A stretch of DNA of 64,000 bases. Source: Octopus bimaculoides. Taxonomy: Eukaryota. Of this stretch, positions 25,301 through 36,403 are shown piece after piece. Under the pieces are notes generated by a model, which was given only the letters and a program-made list of their open reading frames with translations, searched no databases and was not told where the DNA came from. The DNA is taken from assembly GCF_001194135.2 (NCBI RefSeq), contig NC_068984.1:18734340-18798339 (forward strand). Reading direction: 5' to 3'. Each line of letters opens with the position of its first letter. Within the stretch, counting starts at the first letter, position 1. A program made the position numbers and the translations under genes.

Positions 25301-28300
25301 TAGTAAGTAACAAGAAAACAGCATCACACTTCCTTCCTTAATCATGAGTAGCAACCAGCTGGAGCCCTGAAAAATCACTCCAATTGTTGGATCTTACAAT
25401 CACCAAGGATCTATCCTGGCAAAAGCATAGCCTTAAAATAGCTAGGTTTGCATCCCAACAATTACCCACTCACTTCAGGACCAGAAGATACTTCAGTCTA
25501 CAACAGTTATTGATATGCTCAGGTGAGATCCACAATGAAGTGTTGCTGTCATATTTGGGACCATGCTGTTGTGCACACACAGACATCCTAGACCACCTCC
25601 AGAAAAGGGCCAGCTGTCTGAATGGCATAAACTTACTCACAGATATTATCCAGCTTCTGGTCCAAAGGCATGCTGTTTCCTCTCTCTGCCTTTTTTCTAC
25701 CACTCCTATAAGGGCCTTTGTTCCTCAGATCTGGCTGAGCGCATGTCACCCTACACAAACTCTCCTATCCCATTTGTTTCTCCTCTTTCTATCATCTCTG
25801 ATGTGTTCACCTCAATCTCATGATTCCGATTCCTAGTCCTTCTTCCCTAGAATGCTGGCATTCCAGAATACCATACTTGCCCATGTCTTTCCTTCAGATG
25901 TTGAGTTAAAAAGGCTCAAAAGGAACATTAATGGCATCAGTCTCACTAGTCTAAATGAACCAGCAAAGGCTATGGACACTGCTTCTGCTCTTCCCCTTCT
26001 ACCAGACCCCAGCAAGTGTAAAACTATGTAAAGCCAAGTTAAAAACTGCAGCAACTGTGGTTCTTCACGTCTTTTTAGGTCCCGTCTTACATAGGGAAAA
26101 GACAGTTTAGCTGTCGTTAACTGAGCCACTTCAACAGATTCAGCAAATCAAAACTACTGCTTTCTACCAAGTCTGTTGATAATGTTAAGGACACAACAAC
26201 ACGCTAACAGCCTGATGATGTGGAAGTAGCTCTGAATGTCAATTGTGCAATTACATTGGGTTAAATGTAAACTGAGTGGATACCCCATTCAAAATATAAT
26301 TTGAGTACTTGTGTAGCATGCTCCGTCATTCTGATTTCCCTTTTAAAATTATTATTAATTACCAAACCTATTGATAGGCATTTAACTTCTTGTGATAGTT
26401 CAAAACTAGAGCTAGTTGGCAGTACAACAGCTTTGCTTGTCTTTGGAGCTGAAAACAGCTTTTTTGTGGGTAATAACCCTTATCAGTGCAGACATTCCCG
26501 AAGGGTACATCATGTTACTATATCTCTGGTTATTTGCCATCGATAAACGGTTATAATGCATAACAGTACAGTTGAGATCAAATTTGTTCAGGATGCTCAG
26601 TTCGAGTACAGCCAAGAGAGGAGGTTTAAAATTATTTTCACTATCTTAAAATAATGGGAATTCTAACTCCATGGTCTGTATGGAAGTATCAATAATGCAT
26701 CACTAATTGTCTGAATGTGAAAGAAAGAATGCACACAGATTACAAAGTCCATTCAAATGACAAGATTCAAACTATCTCATCTTGAAAACCACATAGATGA
26801 GCAAGGAACAAAGATTTTGTTTTCTTCAATTGATGCAAAGAATACATATTGACAGGTTTGCTTCAATGAAAACTAAAATTATCATATAACGTCTATTGTC
26901 CATGCTGGCAATGGGTTGGACAGTTTAACTGAGCTGGTATGCTGGAAGGCTTAAAATTACGGATGTAATAAATATAAACAATGATTTCCAACAAGGTAAA
27001 TATTTTTCAGATGGGCCTTGAAAACAACAGTACTGTTTTCAGTATTATATGGAGTCTATAATGAAGAGAATTACTAGTATAATTATCTCTCAGGATGTCA
27101 TACTCCTGCTAATCCTTACAATGTTTTAATGAGTAGTACAGGTACAACATTGATTTCCTAGAACCTTTGGTTCCAAAGTCTTTCTAGATTACTGATTTTT
27201 CCAAAACAGAGATAGCTCCTTGGTCAACATGCTCTAAATTAAACAACTATTAAATTTACCTAAAAAAATTAAATGAAATACAGGTACCAGTAGATTAGTC
27301 TGGTGGCTGTGGGAAATTGAAGTACCTGTTCATAAATTAATGCAGATTATAAACGGTTATGGACCATCAGTGTCTCGAAAGTTGGTGTTGTATCTACCTG
27401 TACAATATCAGCATTGAGGAGGTACTGAATCTCAAAAGAGATTTAGGAGCAACAAAAATATGACCAACACAATTTATGTTTTCCAGTTGGAATCATGTTA
27501 TATTTAGTATTCTAAATAGTTATTTCATTTTATTTTCTATTCTTTTATTAATATAGACATAAGTACAATGAAGGATATAAAATATGATTGCTGTTTCTAT
27601 CGACAAAACAGTTTTGATGTGCCACTTGGTAAATGGCATATCAAAACTCTTTTAACCACTATACGAATATAAATAATGCCAACTCCCGATATTGGATTAC
27701 CTAATCTAGTTTCAGTTATTAATGCCCTCAATTTACTGAGCTAAATAAGGACAGCATTTGTGTTAAACTTCATTTTAATTTTATATCAAGCTTCGGTCAA
27801 ATTTGTCTTTCACTTTTCTGGAAAGGCCATCAAATTAACTACCAAATTCCCTCCCATAAACGTATTTCGGTATAGGGTGAGTAGAAATCAAAATAAAAAT
27901 ATACAAGGTCTTAAAAAAAAAAAAAAAAAAAAAAAAATTATTAGCAAGAACTCCTTTAAATCGTCAACCAGCAATATCAAATAAAGCATTGTCCTCATTA
28001 TCACTATCTTAGTATCTATACCTGTGTTGGAAGGAGTTGTAGTGACCTACTAGGTTTATCATTCAACATTATCATGCTTGTGTCGGCCTCAATATCCTTA
28101 GTACCGACCTCAGGTATTTTCTATTGCTCTAACATCACACATTTTCACTCTACAGGTGAATGTATCCAAACAGTATACATTAAATATGCACCACTCATGT
28201 AAACACCAGTTGATACTTTTTAACGAGCAGCAGCTTTTACTAATAAATCAGTAGAGAAAGAATATGAAAAATCAACGACTCCTAATTTTGGATTCTATTA

Positions 28301-30945
28301 TTCTAGCGGATTCAGCAACAGAAAGTGGAATATACTTTCCAATATGAAAATTATAGAGCGCTTGTTTTCTAATATCAACATAGGTATTAAAATAAAAACA
28401 TTAACGGGGTGAATGAAAAAGAGTATTTTAGGAAGACTTACTAATTAAATTTTAAAAAAAAGTCAGATATAATAAGATAAATTATCTGCAATTCATTATT
28501 ATTATTAAGACTATTTCTTCCTAACTTTTTGTGTTTCACAGGAAGTTAAAACAAATTAAAAATTATAACCTGTTATATCAGAAATTTAGAACAAAGAAAA
28601 TTGAATTTTCTTTACTTAGGTACAGCGTTTAATAATTGTTTGGATATACGTACATAATACAAATGACGACAAGAAGCGGAGGGGGGGGCATTCAACAAAG
28701 CAACGATATACTCTCTCTCAAAATATGTATATATATTAAATTGTTCCTAATGACAGGTGTTATATAATTTCATAGCCATATAACACGAATATGACTACCC
28801 TACTAACTGCTGTATCATAAGCTGTTGTTTAGAATTACAGTATAACGTTTACGTTACGTTATACAATGTTTAGGATACTGTCGACGAATAAGTATAGATT
28901 AAATAAGAAAGTATCCAGCCGGTTCTAAACAGTCCCCCAAGATCCCTATTATATAGTGAGGGGGAGGGCGAAGACTGAATAGGTGACGAACAAAGTACCA
29001 TGTTTAATAACATTAAAGTAGGTTTGAAACTTGTCCGACACCATGACAAAAAAAGAATAATATCAATGCAAACTCAATCTTGTTTTAAGAGGAAGAAGGG
29101 ACAAGAAATTACGTTTAAATATAAATGAGGTTGGTATTCGTCAATTTGAGATTCACTGGATTGAGATGACAACAGTAAACAATAGTTCGAGTCTCAAAAT
29201 GAAAGTATTTTCTCTGTTAGGAGTTTGTATTTTATGCGAGTCAGTTTTATAAGAAAAGAGGTTAGCTAAGAAGAAATACAGATACACGTGAAGAATATTT
29301 TAGAAAGGTATATATATAATAGGTTAAAGAACGAACATTTGATGTTGTTTACCCAAAGTGACTCATGACTGAGCAAACCTACGACCAAAAAGCACTTTAG
29401 GCATGACAATTTCGCCTTATTTTTGTTTTCAGGTTGTAGACTACTTTATGAAATGTGCCCTTGTAATTTTTGTCTTTTTTGGGGGGGGGGGGGGACAGAA
29501 AGATGTAATTTCAGAGGGGTTTGGTTGCTATTTCTAACAGGTCGAGCGGCTGCGTGGAGGACCTTTCGTTGGCTCGCATGACTAAAATATTAAGCGTCTG
29601 CAATTCAGTTTCATCCATTTCTGCTTAAAAATCGTGTTTTACTAACACAACCGATTCAACAAAATTATAATAGATGTAACATTTTCAGTTTTATAACTGA
29701 TTAGTCATCTTGTTTTTTTTTTCATTACGATATTCAATATATTCGGCTCTTTAATATTTAGTTTCCTCGATGATTCTAACTGAAATTATGAATAGTATCA
29801 CATATTTGTTGTCTTTGTATCAATATTTTCACCACAATACAAAAACATATTTAAGATTATTAAAAGCTACAACGACTTTCGTCGCTACCAGACGTTCATT
29901 ATGCTAACATGAATATGAAAATCTATTTTATAAACACACTGAGTTGTGTGCATCTGTATGCATTACAACATCAGGCAAGGAATAGGAATTGTTCGGATTT
30001 TAAGATGTAAAAATTATTACGAGTTGATCGAGAAGAAAAAAAAAAGGTTAATGTAACGTATCGATGTGTTCAAGATAAATGGTGAAATAAATATAATACT
30101 GAATCGTGAACAATGTATACCATACACTAATAAACAACCACACCTTACATTCAATGCATATTATGAGGCTGCTCACTAACAATATAAACACAACAAGGAA
30201 GCAAATATAAACGTAAATACGAAGTTTCAATAATAAACCATTTAAATTAAATCAAAAAGGCAGCAGGAATTGTTTAAATTTGGAAAGAGACCATCAAATA
30301 AGAAATATATTTAGAAGTGTTTGGTTGCAAACTCGTTGATGTTTACAGCGTAAATAGATCAACCATATGATTGAATTTCACAAATTTAACTTCAGTAGGA
30401 GAGGGTAATATTAGGGAGGATACGTTTAATACATACGCAGCACATAAATACGGGCGTGTGTGTTTTAGTGTAATAAATATTTTCATTTTTGTTTACTTAT
30501 GGAAGACTGAGGTGGTTTTATTTCCATCACGTCTTCTCAAGCCTTGAAAACGATCTTGAACTTGCACAGACAAGACATTCATTAGCCACAGATTTAATAA
30601 GGTTAATTAGTTGTTGCTATTGCGTTTTTTTTTAAAGAATAACATTAAAAATTCCTATAACGAATAAAAAAAAAGAAAGAAAATTATACACACCTCTTCG
30701 TGTATACTCTTATTATTCTTCAAATCTTGTAAGAATTTCTCTTCTTGTTCCTGACACTTGTTGTCAACACTGCGTTTAAATCGTGTTTGCGACTTACTGT
30801 ACTCATATTTTGAGGTTGAAACGTCTCTTTTTTCCATGTGAATAACCTCCCGAGCTTTTACATGGTTATGGACAAGAAAAACCAACAAAAAGAGAAAGAA
30901 TAGTTGATAAGGTGATGCAAAATGACGAGCCAGTAACGACGCCAT
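6271..30945 (-). CDS. SORT1: Sortilin-like Vps10p-domain receptor, 5' part (8 coding exons, 299 aa; 3' part not found in window)
   Basis: Spliced translation MASLL...RFKR/SVDNKC...IHEE|FVFRNESNVNIMLTWADDG|VILVAMTSPREMKASSNLYRS|DTLGGNFKEIS...NVKK|IYVITYSNLFITEDGGKSFTK...SEKK|QLHISSDGGRHWKPIASNVNLFFW|STSKHDK...TSTY|YKGDVY...SFGIQGDFIYATTLTRD. It aligns by eye with human sortilin ([53 protein letters not shown]). Intron phases are 0,0,2,0,0,2,1,0, matching vertebrate SORT1 as I recall it. Orthologue versus paralogue is unverified. Confidence 0.9.
7099..8760 (+). mobile_element. Non-autonomous Helitron-like element
   Basis: Starts A|TCTTATCTTAATATATAAAG and ends with a hairpin (acccggac/gtcgggt), 8 nt, then CTAG|T. 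Inserted between A and T without a TSD; internal direct and inverted duplications. Confidence 0.7.
8054..8150 (+). repeat. Degenerate interstitial telomere-like (TTAGGG)n array inside the Helitron-like element
   Basis: ttagggttagggttttagggttagggtttagagttaggattagg...ttagggttagggttggg. Confidence 0.85.
9311..9381 (-). CDS. SORT1: Sortilin-like exon 7 (71 nt, STSKHDKNYTVYISEKNNSYTST)
   Basis: Polypyrimidine acceptor ttttttttgtcattttcag|G completes Trp from exon 6; |gtaagt donor; phase 2/1 joins exon 8 in frame. Confidence 0.85.
11799..11869 (-). CDS. SORT1: Sortilin-like exon 6 (71 nt) with Asp-box SSDGGRHW
   Basis: ttgcag| acceptor, TG|gtaagc donor, phase 0/2; similar to [24 protein letters not shown]. 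Confidence 0.92.
12123..12427 (-). mobile_element. SINE family A (same head as family B, different 3' half)
   Basis: TSD cttattataa (12113-12122 / 12428-12437); A-rich tail. Confidence 0.85.
13494..13643 (-). CDS. SORT1: Sortilin-like exon 5 (150 nt) with Asp-box TEDGGKSF
   Basis: tttcag| acceptor, AAG|gtatgt donor, 50 open codons, BNR/Asp-box motif. Confidence 0.92.
13807..13909 (-). CDS. SORT1: Sortilin-like exon 4 (103 nt, DTLGGNFKEISSLLENDIIRKRNGLQHHKSNVKK)
   Basis: tttacag| acceptor, AAG|gtgata donor, phase 2/0; similar to [20 protein letters not shown]. Confidence 0.9.
14020..14165. mobile_element. 146-bp MITE (Tc1/mariner-pogo type) near the exon 4 acceptor
   Basis: TIRs ctgtattttacttgtgtataag / cttatacacaagtaaaaacag, flanked by TA on both sides. 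Confidence 0.75.
15721..16086 (+). mobile_element. Possible solo LTR / CpG-rich promoter-like insertion in intron 3
   Basis: Starts TGTA, ends TACA, contains AATAAA, CpG-rich against its surroundings; no TSD found. Confidence 0.4.
16996..17057 (-). CDS. SORT1: Sortilin-like exon 3 (62 nt, VILVAMTSPREMKASSNLYR)
   Basis: ttttattag| acceptor, AG|gtaat donor, phase 0/2; similar to VILVLTT...SKLYRS. Confidence 0.9.
21115..21495 (+). mobile_element. tRNA-derived SINE family B (Nin/Deu-like body), full length
   Basis: A box tggcccagtgg, B box ggtttcgattccc; 11-bp TSD attaacaggta (21104-21114 / 21496-21506). Confidence 0.88.
22546..22602 (-). CDS. SORT1: Sortilin-like exon 2 (57 nt, FVFRNESNVNIMLTWADDG)
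   Basis: ttttccag| acceptor, |gtaagt donor, phase 0/0; similar to sortilin [20 protein letters not shown]. Confidence 0.88.
23318..24450 (+). mobile_element. 5'-truncated RTE LINE: ORF2 end, 3'UTR with tandem subrepeats, (GAT)n tail
   Basis: RNEASMLRWMCNV...RLRWYGHV...GRGRPRKTW motifs; ~171-bp tandem duplication (23684-24024) and ~55-bp subrepeats; tail gttaaacgatgatgat. Confidence 0.88.
25370..26020 (+). mobile_element. CR1/L2/Jockey-group LINE, RT C-terminal relic
   Basis: LDLTITKDLSWQKH...RRYFSLQQLL...DILDHLQKRA...QRHAVSSLCLF with frameshifts. Confidence 0.75.
30694..30945 (-). CDS. SORT1: Sortilin-like exon 1: signal peptide, propeptide, furin site RFKR (84 codons)
   Basis: ATG in cagaATGG context; hydrophobic stretch LFFLFLLVFLV; RFKR at codons 55-58; then Cys and an NNKSIHEE end resembling sortilin C...LANNTHQ; donor GAG|gtgtgt. 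Confidence 0.9.
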
Positions 30946-31200
30946 TCTGAAGATCGCTACTGTTAACCTCTCCTATGTGAGAAGATACAAATAAACTGGG
31001 ACAGTTATTTGTATCATGTGACTTGAGTGTAAAAACGAAAGAGCGACTCGTTTATCTGTCAAAAGCACGTGTTTAGTTCATGCTTGTTACTGAGTGCAGC
31101 GGAAGAACTTTATTAGTTTGTTTCACGATTTTACTATCGTTTTCTCCTCATATCAACACGCAATCTCTCGCCTCTTGCATTTAAAATAATAATTCTGTCC
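30946..31200 (-). promoter_or_regulatory. Putative 5'UTR/proximal promoter of the sortilin-like gene
   Basis: Unique, relatively CpG-containing DNA upstream of the ATG; TCATGTGAC at 31014-31022 and CACGTG at 31066-31071. The TSS is not determinable. Confidence 0.4.
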
Positions 31201-31699
31201 GACTCTCTTCGGGTTTCCTGTCTTGTATTCTTAATAACAATATTGATTTCTGAAATAAACTTGGAAAAAAGTTACATATTTTATGAGAGAGGGATATATT
31301 AATCATATTAACTACAGTGTTAGTTGATACTACTTATTTTATCGACCTTAGTACGATGAAACTTAAAGTCTGCCTTGACTGGATTCGAACTCAGAACATA
31401 GAGTACTTAATGATTTCTAACAGTGACACAAACAATGAGGAGGGAAGATAGTTGAATATATAACATCCAATACTTGATAAGTACTTATTTTATCGAACCC
31501 TAAAGTATAAAAGTAAAGTCGCCTCACAAAGTTCTTTGCTTTGTTTTTTGTTTTGCTTACTCAGCGCGTAGTTCTGTAACCAAATACTCAGATAAAGAGA
31601 ACATCATAAAGACAGATCACAAAAAGTGTGTATGTGGGATACACAGAATACAAGTAAGGTACAAAAAGCAAAAACAAAAAAAAAACAATAAATAACAAA

Positions 31700-33100
31700 T
31701 CAAATGAAATAAAATCCTCCTGATACAAGAGGACTTTCAACTAGGTCTAATTAAGGTATCTCACAGTTTCAAGACCACTTTGATCATTAAGGGGCATGTA
31801 ACCTGTCATTCTTTGATCTCTAGGTATGCTTTGAGTGGTATCGTTCACTCCTGCCATTTTGTAACTGTCACCTACTTTTTAACAAATTTACTTCTGGTGA
31901 GCACACCCTTCTCTACCCTTCCCTTCCTTTCCAAGTGGAATTTGAAGCAGTTGATGATGACTTGACCAAAAACAACAATATCTGCCTTCAGTCCTTTCAG
32001 CCTCCTCTACCACCCAACCTCTTTTATCATATATTACCAGAAAGAATACTACTTGACCTTCTTGTTTAAAGGAAGGTTGCAGAGCAATTTTCACAATTCA
32101 GCTGATAGCTGGATCTGTCCTACATGCAACAATAATTGTTTGATATAACTCCACAAGTTGGTAATGCACAGATACTAAATTGTATTCCAAATGGTATCAT
32201 TGCTTTGCATGTATCTGAGACAGTCCTAGCTGATGGCACTTGTATGCCTGTAGAGTTTATCTTGAACAAGTAGTGCCACTCAGTAGCGCTAGCAGGCCAA
32301 GGATTTATGGAAGTCTTTGTAGTCCTTGGCCTAAAGTTCTCTGGAACAGGCAAGTCAGTTCATCCTTGTTGTTATTCAGAACCCTCCCTGAGAACATTGT
32401 TATTCTTCCCTGTCACTAATCCCCTATGAATTACTAACATGGAACCTCCACTGACTGCATTGCCTGCCAAGGAGGGGGTAAACATCTCACAACATTCCAC
32501 ACATGCTCAGACATAGTATTTACTTCACTCAGGGCATCAACTTCACTGAAGAGATGAGCTACAGAAAGATATGCCTTACAAATGGAGACTATATCTACTC
32601 ACCATCTGGGAATTTATGTAGAAATTGCAACCCCAGCATATATCTGTGCAATACCAGCCATGGTATATTGAACACCATGGGGCTGAGAATATTGACAGCA
32701 GATGGACTGTCTGACAAGTGGAACCCATCCCTTCCACAAGAAGCAGATAAAAACTGAGGCAAGTCATGATGGTCAATTGGTAAATTATGACAGAAACAAT
32801 GTATTGATAAATGCTTGCCATCTCTGCTGTCTTTTCAAGGATAGCATCCTCTCAGCTCATTTCTGGGTCAAACTAGCTACCTTGCTTGTAACCACATCTC
32901 AGTTTCTATCTACCTAGCAGTCCAGAATAATCCATATCCTGAACAGTTTAACCAGTCTTTCAATCTAACACTCCATGACACTGTCTGATTGGCATGGACT
33001 TGCCTCACCAGGTGTTAAGCTGCAAGCCCACTGACTTGCAAGAGTTAATCTGCACCATCTGTCATTATCTCATATTCTTCTAGAACTGTGCCAACCGGCC
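31700..33100 (-). mobile_element. Highly degraded LINE-like relic (possibly CR1/L2 group)
   Basis: GC-richer non-exonic block; minus-strand GRDGFHL motif (32715-32735) resembles the SGNH-esterase DGxHL of CR1/L2 ORF1. Otherwise poorly conserved. Confidence 0.3.
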
Positions 33101-33938
33101 TCACTTGTGTTGTGTCTGCCACTTTAACTGTGGGTCACCTGAAAGACAGAAATGAAAGACAGAAGATGGAATATACAAAAAATTATTATTAATCACAATT
33201 GTTTTGACACATCTAGCATCACCTGATGACATACATCTGCGCTGCCAGAGGCTCCTGAACCAGTTGTTGAGTGTCCCAACCATGAGGAATCGATGCTAGA
33301 TGTGTTGAAACAATTGTTGTGTTAAATAATAAATTCTTGTATATTCCATCTTTCATTTGCCATATACATACATATTTTTATAAATTCTTATAAATTTTTA
33401 TCATGTCTCATGTATATTGTATATTGTATATTGTGGAGAATTTCGATAATTTGAAATGGATTGAATGAATTTATACACCGACCTCTGAAATTTGCTTCTC
33501 TCCTTCTTAATTTTATACATATACACACACACATATATATATACATATATCATCATCATCATCATCATCATTTAACGTCCGCTTTCCATGTTAGCATGGG
33601 TTAGATGATTTGACTGAGGACTGGCGAACCAGATGGCTGCACCAGGCTCCAATCTGATCTGGCAGAGTTTCTACAGCTGGATGCCCTTCCAAACGCCAAC
33701 CACTCTGAGAGTGTAGTGGGTGCTTTTATGTGCTACCGGCACGAGGGCCAGTCAGACGGTACTAGCAACAGCCATGCTCAAATAGTGTTTTTTATGTGCC
33801 ACCTGCACAGGAGCCAGTCCANNNNNNNNNNNNNNNNNNNNNNNNNNNNNNNNNNNNNNNNNNNNNNNNNNNNNNNNNNNNNNNNNNNNNNNNNNNNNNN
33901 NNNNNNNNNNNNNNNNNNNNNNNNNNNNNNNNNNNNNN

Positions 33939-33969
<31 letters not shown>

Positions 33970-34449
33970 ATTGCTAAATGAATAAATATTCGAAAATATT
34001 TATATAGATATTATTATTAATTATCATTATTAGTAAAATGAATAATAACAATAATATCGGTGGCCAACAAACAAAAGCCGATAAATGACAAATCCAAAAT
34101 TTTATAATTAATTTATAATTATCATAGGGCACGTGTGGTGCCAGCATTGCTGTGAAAATCACAAAAAATACTCGAAGAAAACCTCCAATCACTGGAAAAA
34201 TAACAAGCACAACAGAAATCAGGCTACGAACAAAAACATTAACTTACCATCTTGGCAGTGGCAGTAAGCCATAGAATGAGGAAATATATATATATATATA
34301 TATATATAAATTATGAGTTAGAGTTTATGGAACCGTCTAAGGGATAAATGTATTCATAGGCACTACTGGTGTATTACCTCACTATGTATAGGCCTTGCTA
34401 TAAGGTTAAGAGTAGTTGGTAGTTTAAATGGTAAACCGTGGTTTAATAT

Positions 34450-35200
34450 ATATATGGGGTGTGATGGGTAAATTGTCACCATTTTATATTTTTAATTTCA
34501 TGCATGTGCATAGTTTGTTTTTGATTTTGTTGACTACACAGTATCGTAGGGTCAGTTGGGCACCATCTGTGAGAAAAACAAACAGCACCATGATGCAATT
34601 CACTCTGCCAGAAATTCGGAAATGACATGCTGTACTTCTTGGCATTCACACCAGAAGTTCCAATACGAACATGTCAGAGTGTTGGGTATCAATCTGAGTC
34701 CCCAAAACATGTACCAAGAGTGATAAAAATCAAACATCCAGTCAACATCGTGCTGTTTGCAGTGATCGCTTGTGATGGTGATGTTATTCCTCCATTCATC
34801 TTCTCACATGGTCAAGAGGGTGGCTGCTGGGAGACCCTGTGTCTGGCAACAGGACTCTGCACCATATTACACAAGCAGGAGAACCTAATCATGGTATTCA
34901 GACAATTTCTGTGACCACATCACCCCTAACATCTAGCTACCTAACACCCCACACTGCATCCCCCCTGATTATTATGTGTGGGGTGCAGTTAACTGGAAGA
35001 CCAACAAAACTCCTTGTAACACCAAAGATGAACTGAAGGTAAGGATTATGGCAGCATTCACCAACTTAAACAAGGAAACTGTCCAGAAGAGTTGCAGGAG
35101 ATTCTGATGTTGTCTGGAGGGTGTGGTTGAAGCCAATGGCGATTTTATTGAATAAATTTACTCTTTAGTATTTCAAGATATTTTTATGTTATTTTGGTAT
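34450..35200 (+). mobile_element. Tc1/mariner-superfamily transposase relic, DD37D (maT-like)
   Basis: Motifs KHPVNIVLFAVIACDGDVIPPFIF, QQDSAP (D at 34853), PNTPTLHPPDYYVWG (D at 34967; 37 residues between) and a C-terminal VVEANGDFIE*. Contains stops and a deletion. Confidence 0.8.
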
Positions 35201-36354
35201 ATATATATCTATTAAAATGTGTAATTTAGACAACAGTTTATTCACTGGGCCCTATATATAATTTAAATTTAAACGCTTACATTCTGGTGTTTGCTGAATT
35301 TTCTTGAGAACAATCTTTTCTTAGTGGTCAGACCATAAGTGGTCTTCTTCTAGCAAAAAGGATGTCCACTTAGTGTGTATATAAATATATACATATAGTG
35401 TAGTATATTGCCACTTAAGTGTGGCTGACCCCTAGGGGTGGATGTTACTGTTGCTTTTAGCCCCAGGAGGACATCTCCTCCAGCTGGCTTATCGACACAC
35501 GACTGTGTCCTGTTTGCCAAGGGAAGTTATCCCTCTCACCACAATCTGCAGCACGAACGGATCCGNNNNNNNNNNNNNNNNNNNNNNNNNNNNNNNNNNN
35601 NNNNNNNNNNNNNNNNNNNNNNNNNNNNNNNNNNNNNNNNNNNNNNNNNNNNNNNNNNNNNNNNNNNNNNNNNNNNNNNNNNNNNNNNNNNNNNNNNNNN
35701 NNNNNNNNNNNNNNNNNNNNNNNNNNNNNNNNNNNNNNNNNNNNNNNNNNNNNNNNNNNNNNNNNNNNNNNNNNNNNNNNNNNNNNNNNNNNNNNNNNNN
35801 NNNNNNNNNNNNNNNNNNNNNNNNNNNNNNNNNNNNNNNNNNNNNNNNNNNNNNNNNNNNNNNNNNNNNNNNNNNNNNNNNNNNNNNNNNNNNNNNNNNN
35901 NNNNNNNNNNNNNNNNNNNNNNNNNNNNNNNNNNNNNNNNNNNNNNNNNNNNNNNNNNNNNNNNNNNNNNNNNNNNNNNNNNNNNNNNNNNNNNNNNNNN
36001 NNNNNNNNNNNNNNNNNNNNNNNNNNNNNNNNNNNNNNNNNNNNNNNNNNNNNNNNNNNNNNNNNNNNNNNNNNNNNNNNNNNNNNNNNNNNNNNNNNNN
36101 NNNNNNNNNNNNNNTTCACCTTAATATCAGAGAATGTGTGACAATCAGTATGTAACACTACTACAAGGTTCATACAAAGCTTTATACTTTAAATATATTT
36201 TATCATCAAAGAATGTATATATGCATTTTAATACTCAAACTGTTTTTTAACATTTTTTATTATTCTCAAAGACTTTTGATAATCTTTTTCTAAAAAAGTG
36301 AAACCGGTTAAGTAAATAAATATTTTTAAAAAATAAGTGCATTTTCAAACCTTC

Positions 36355-36403
<49 letters not shown>

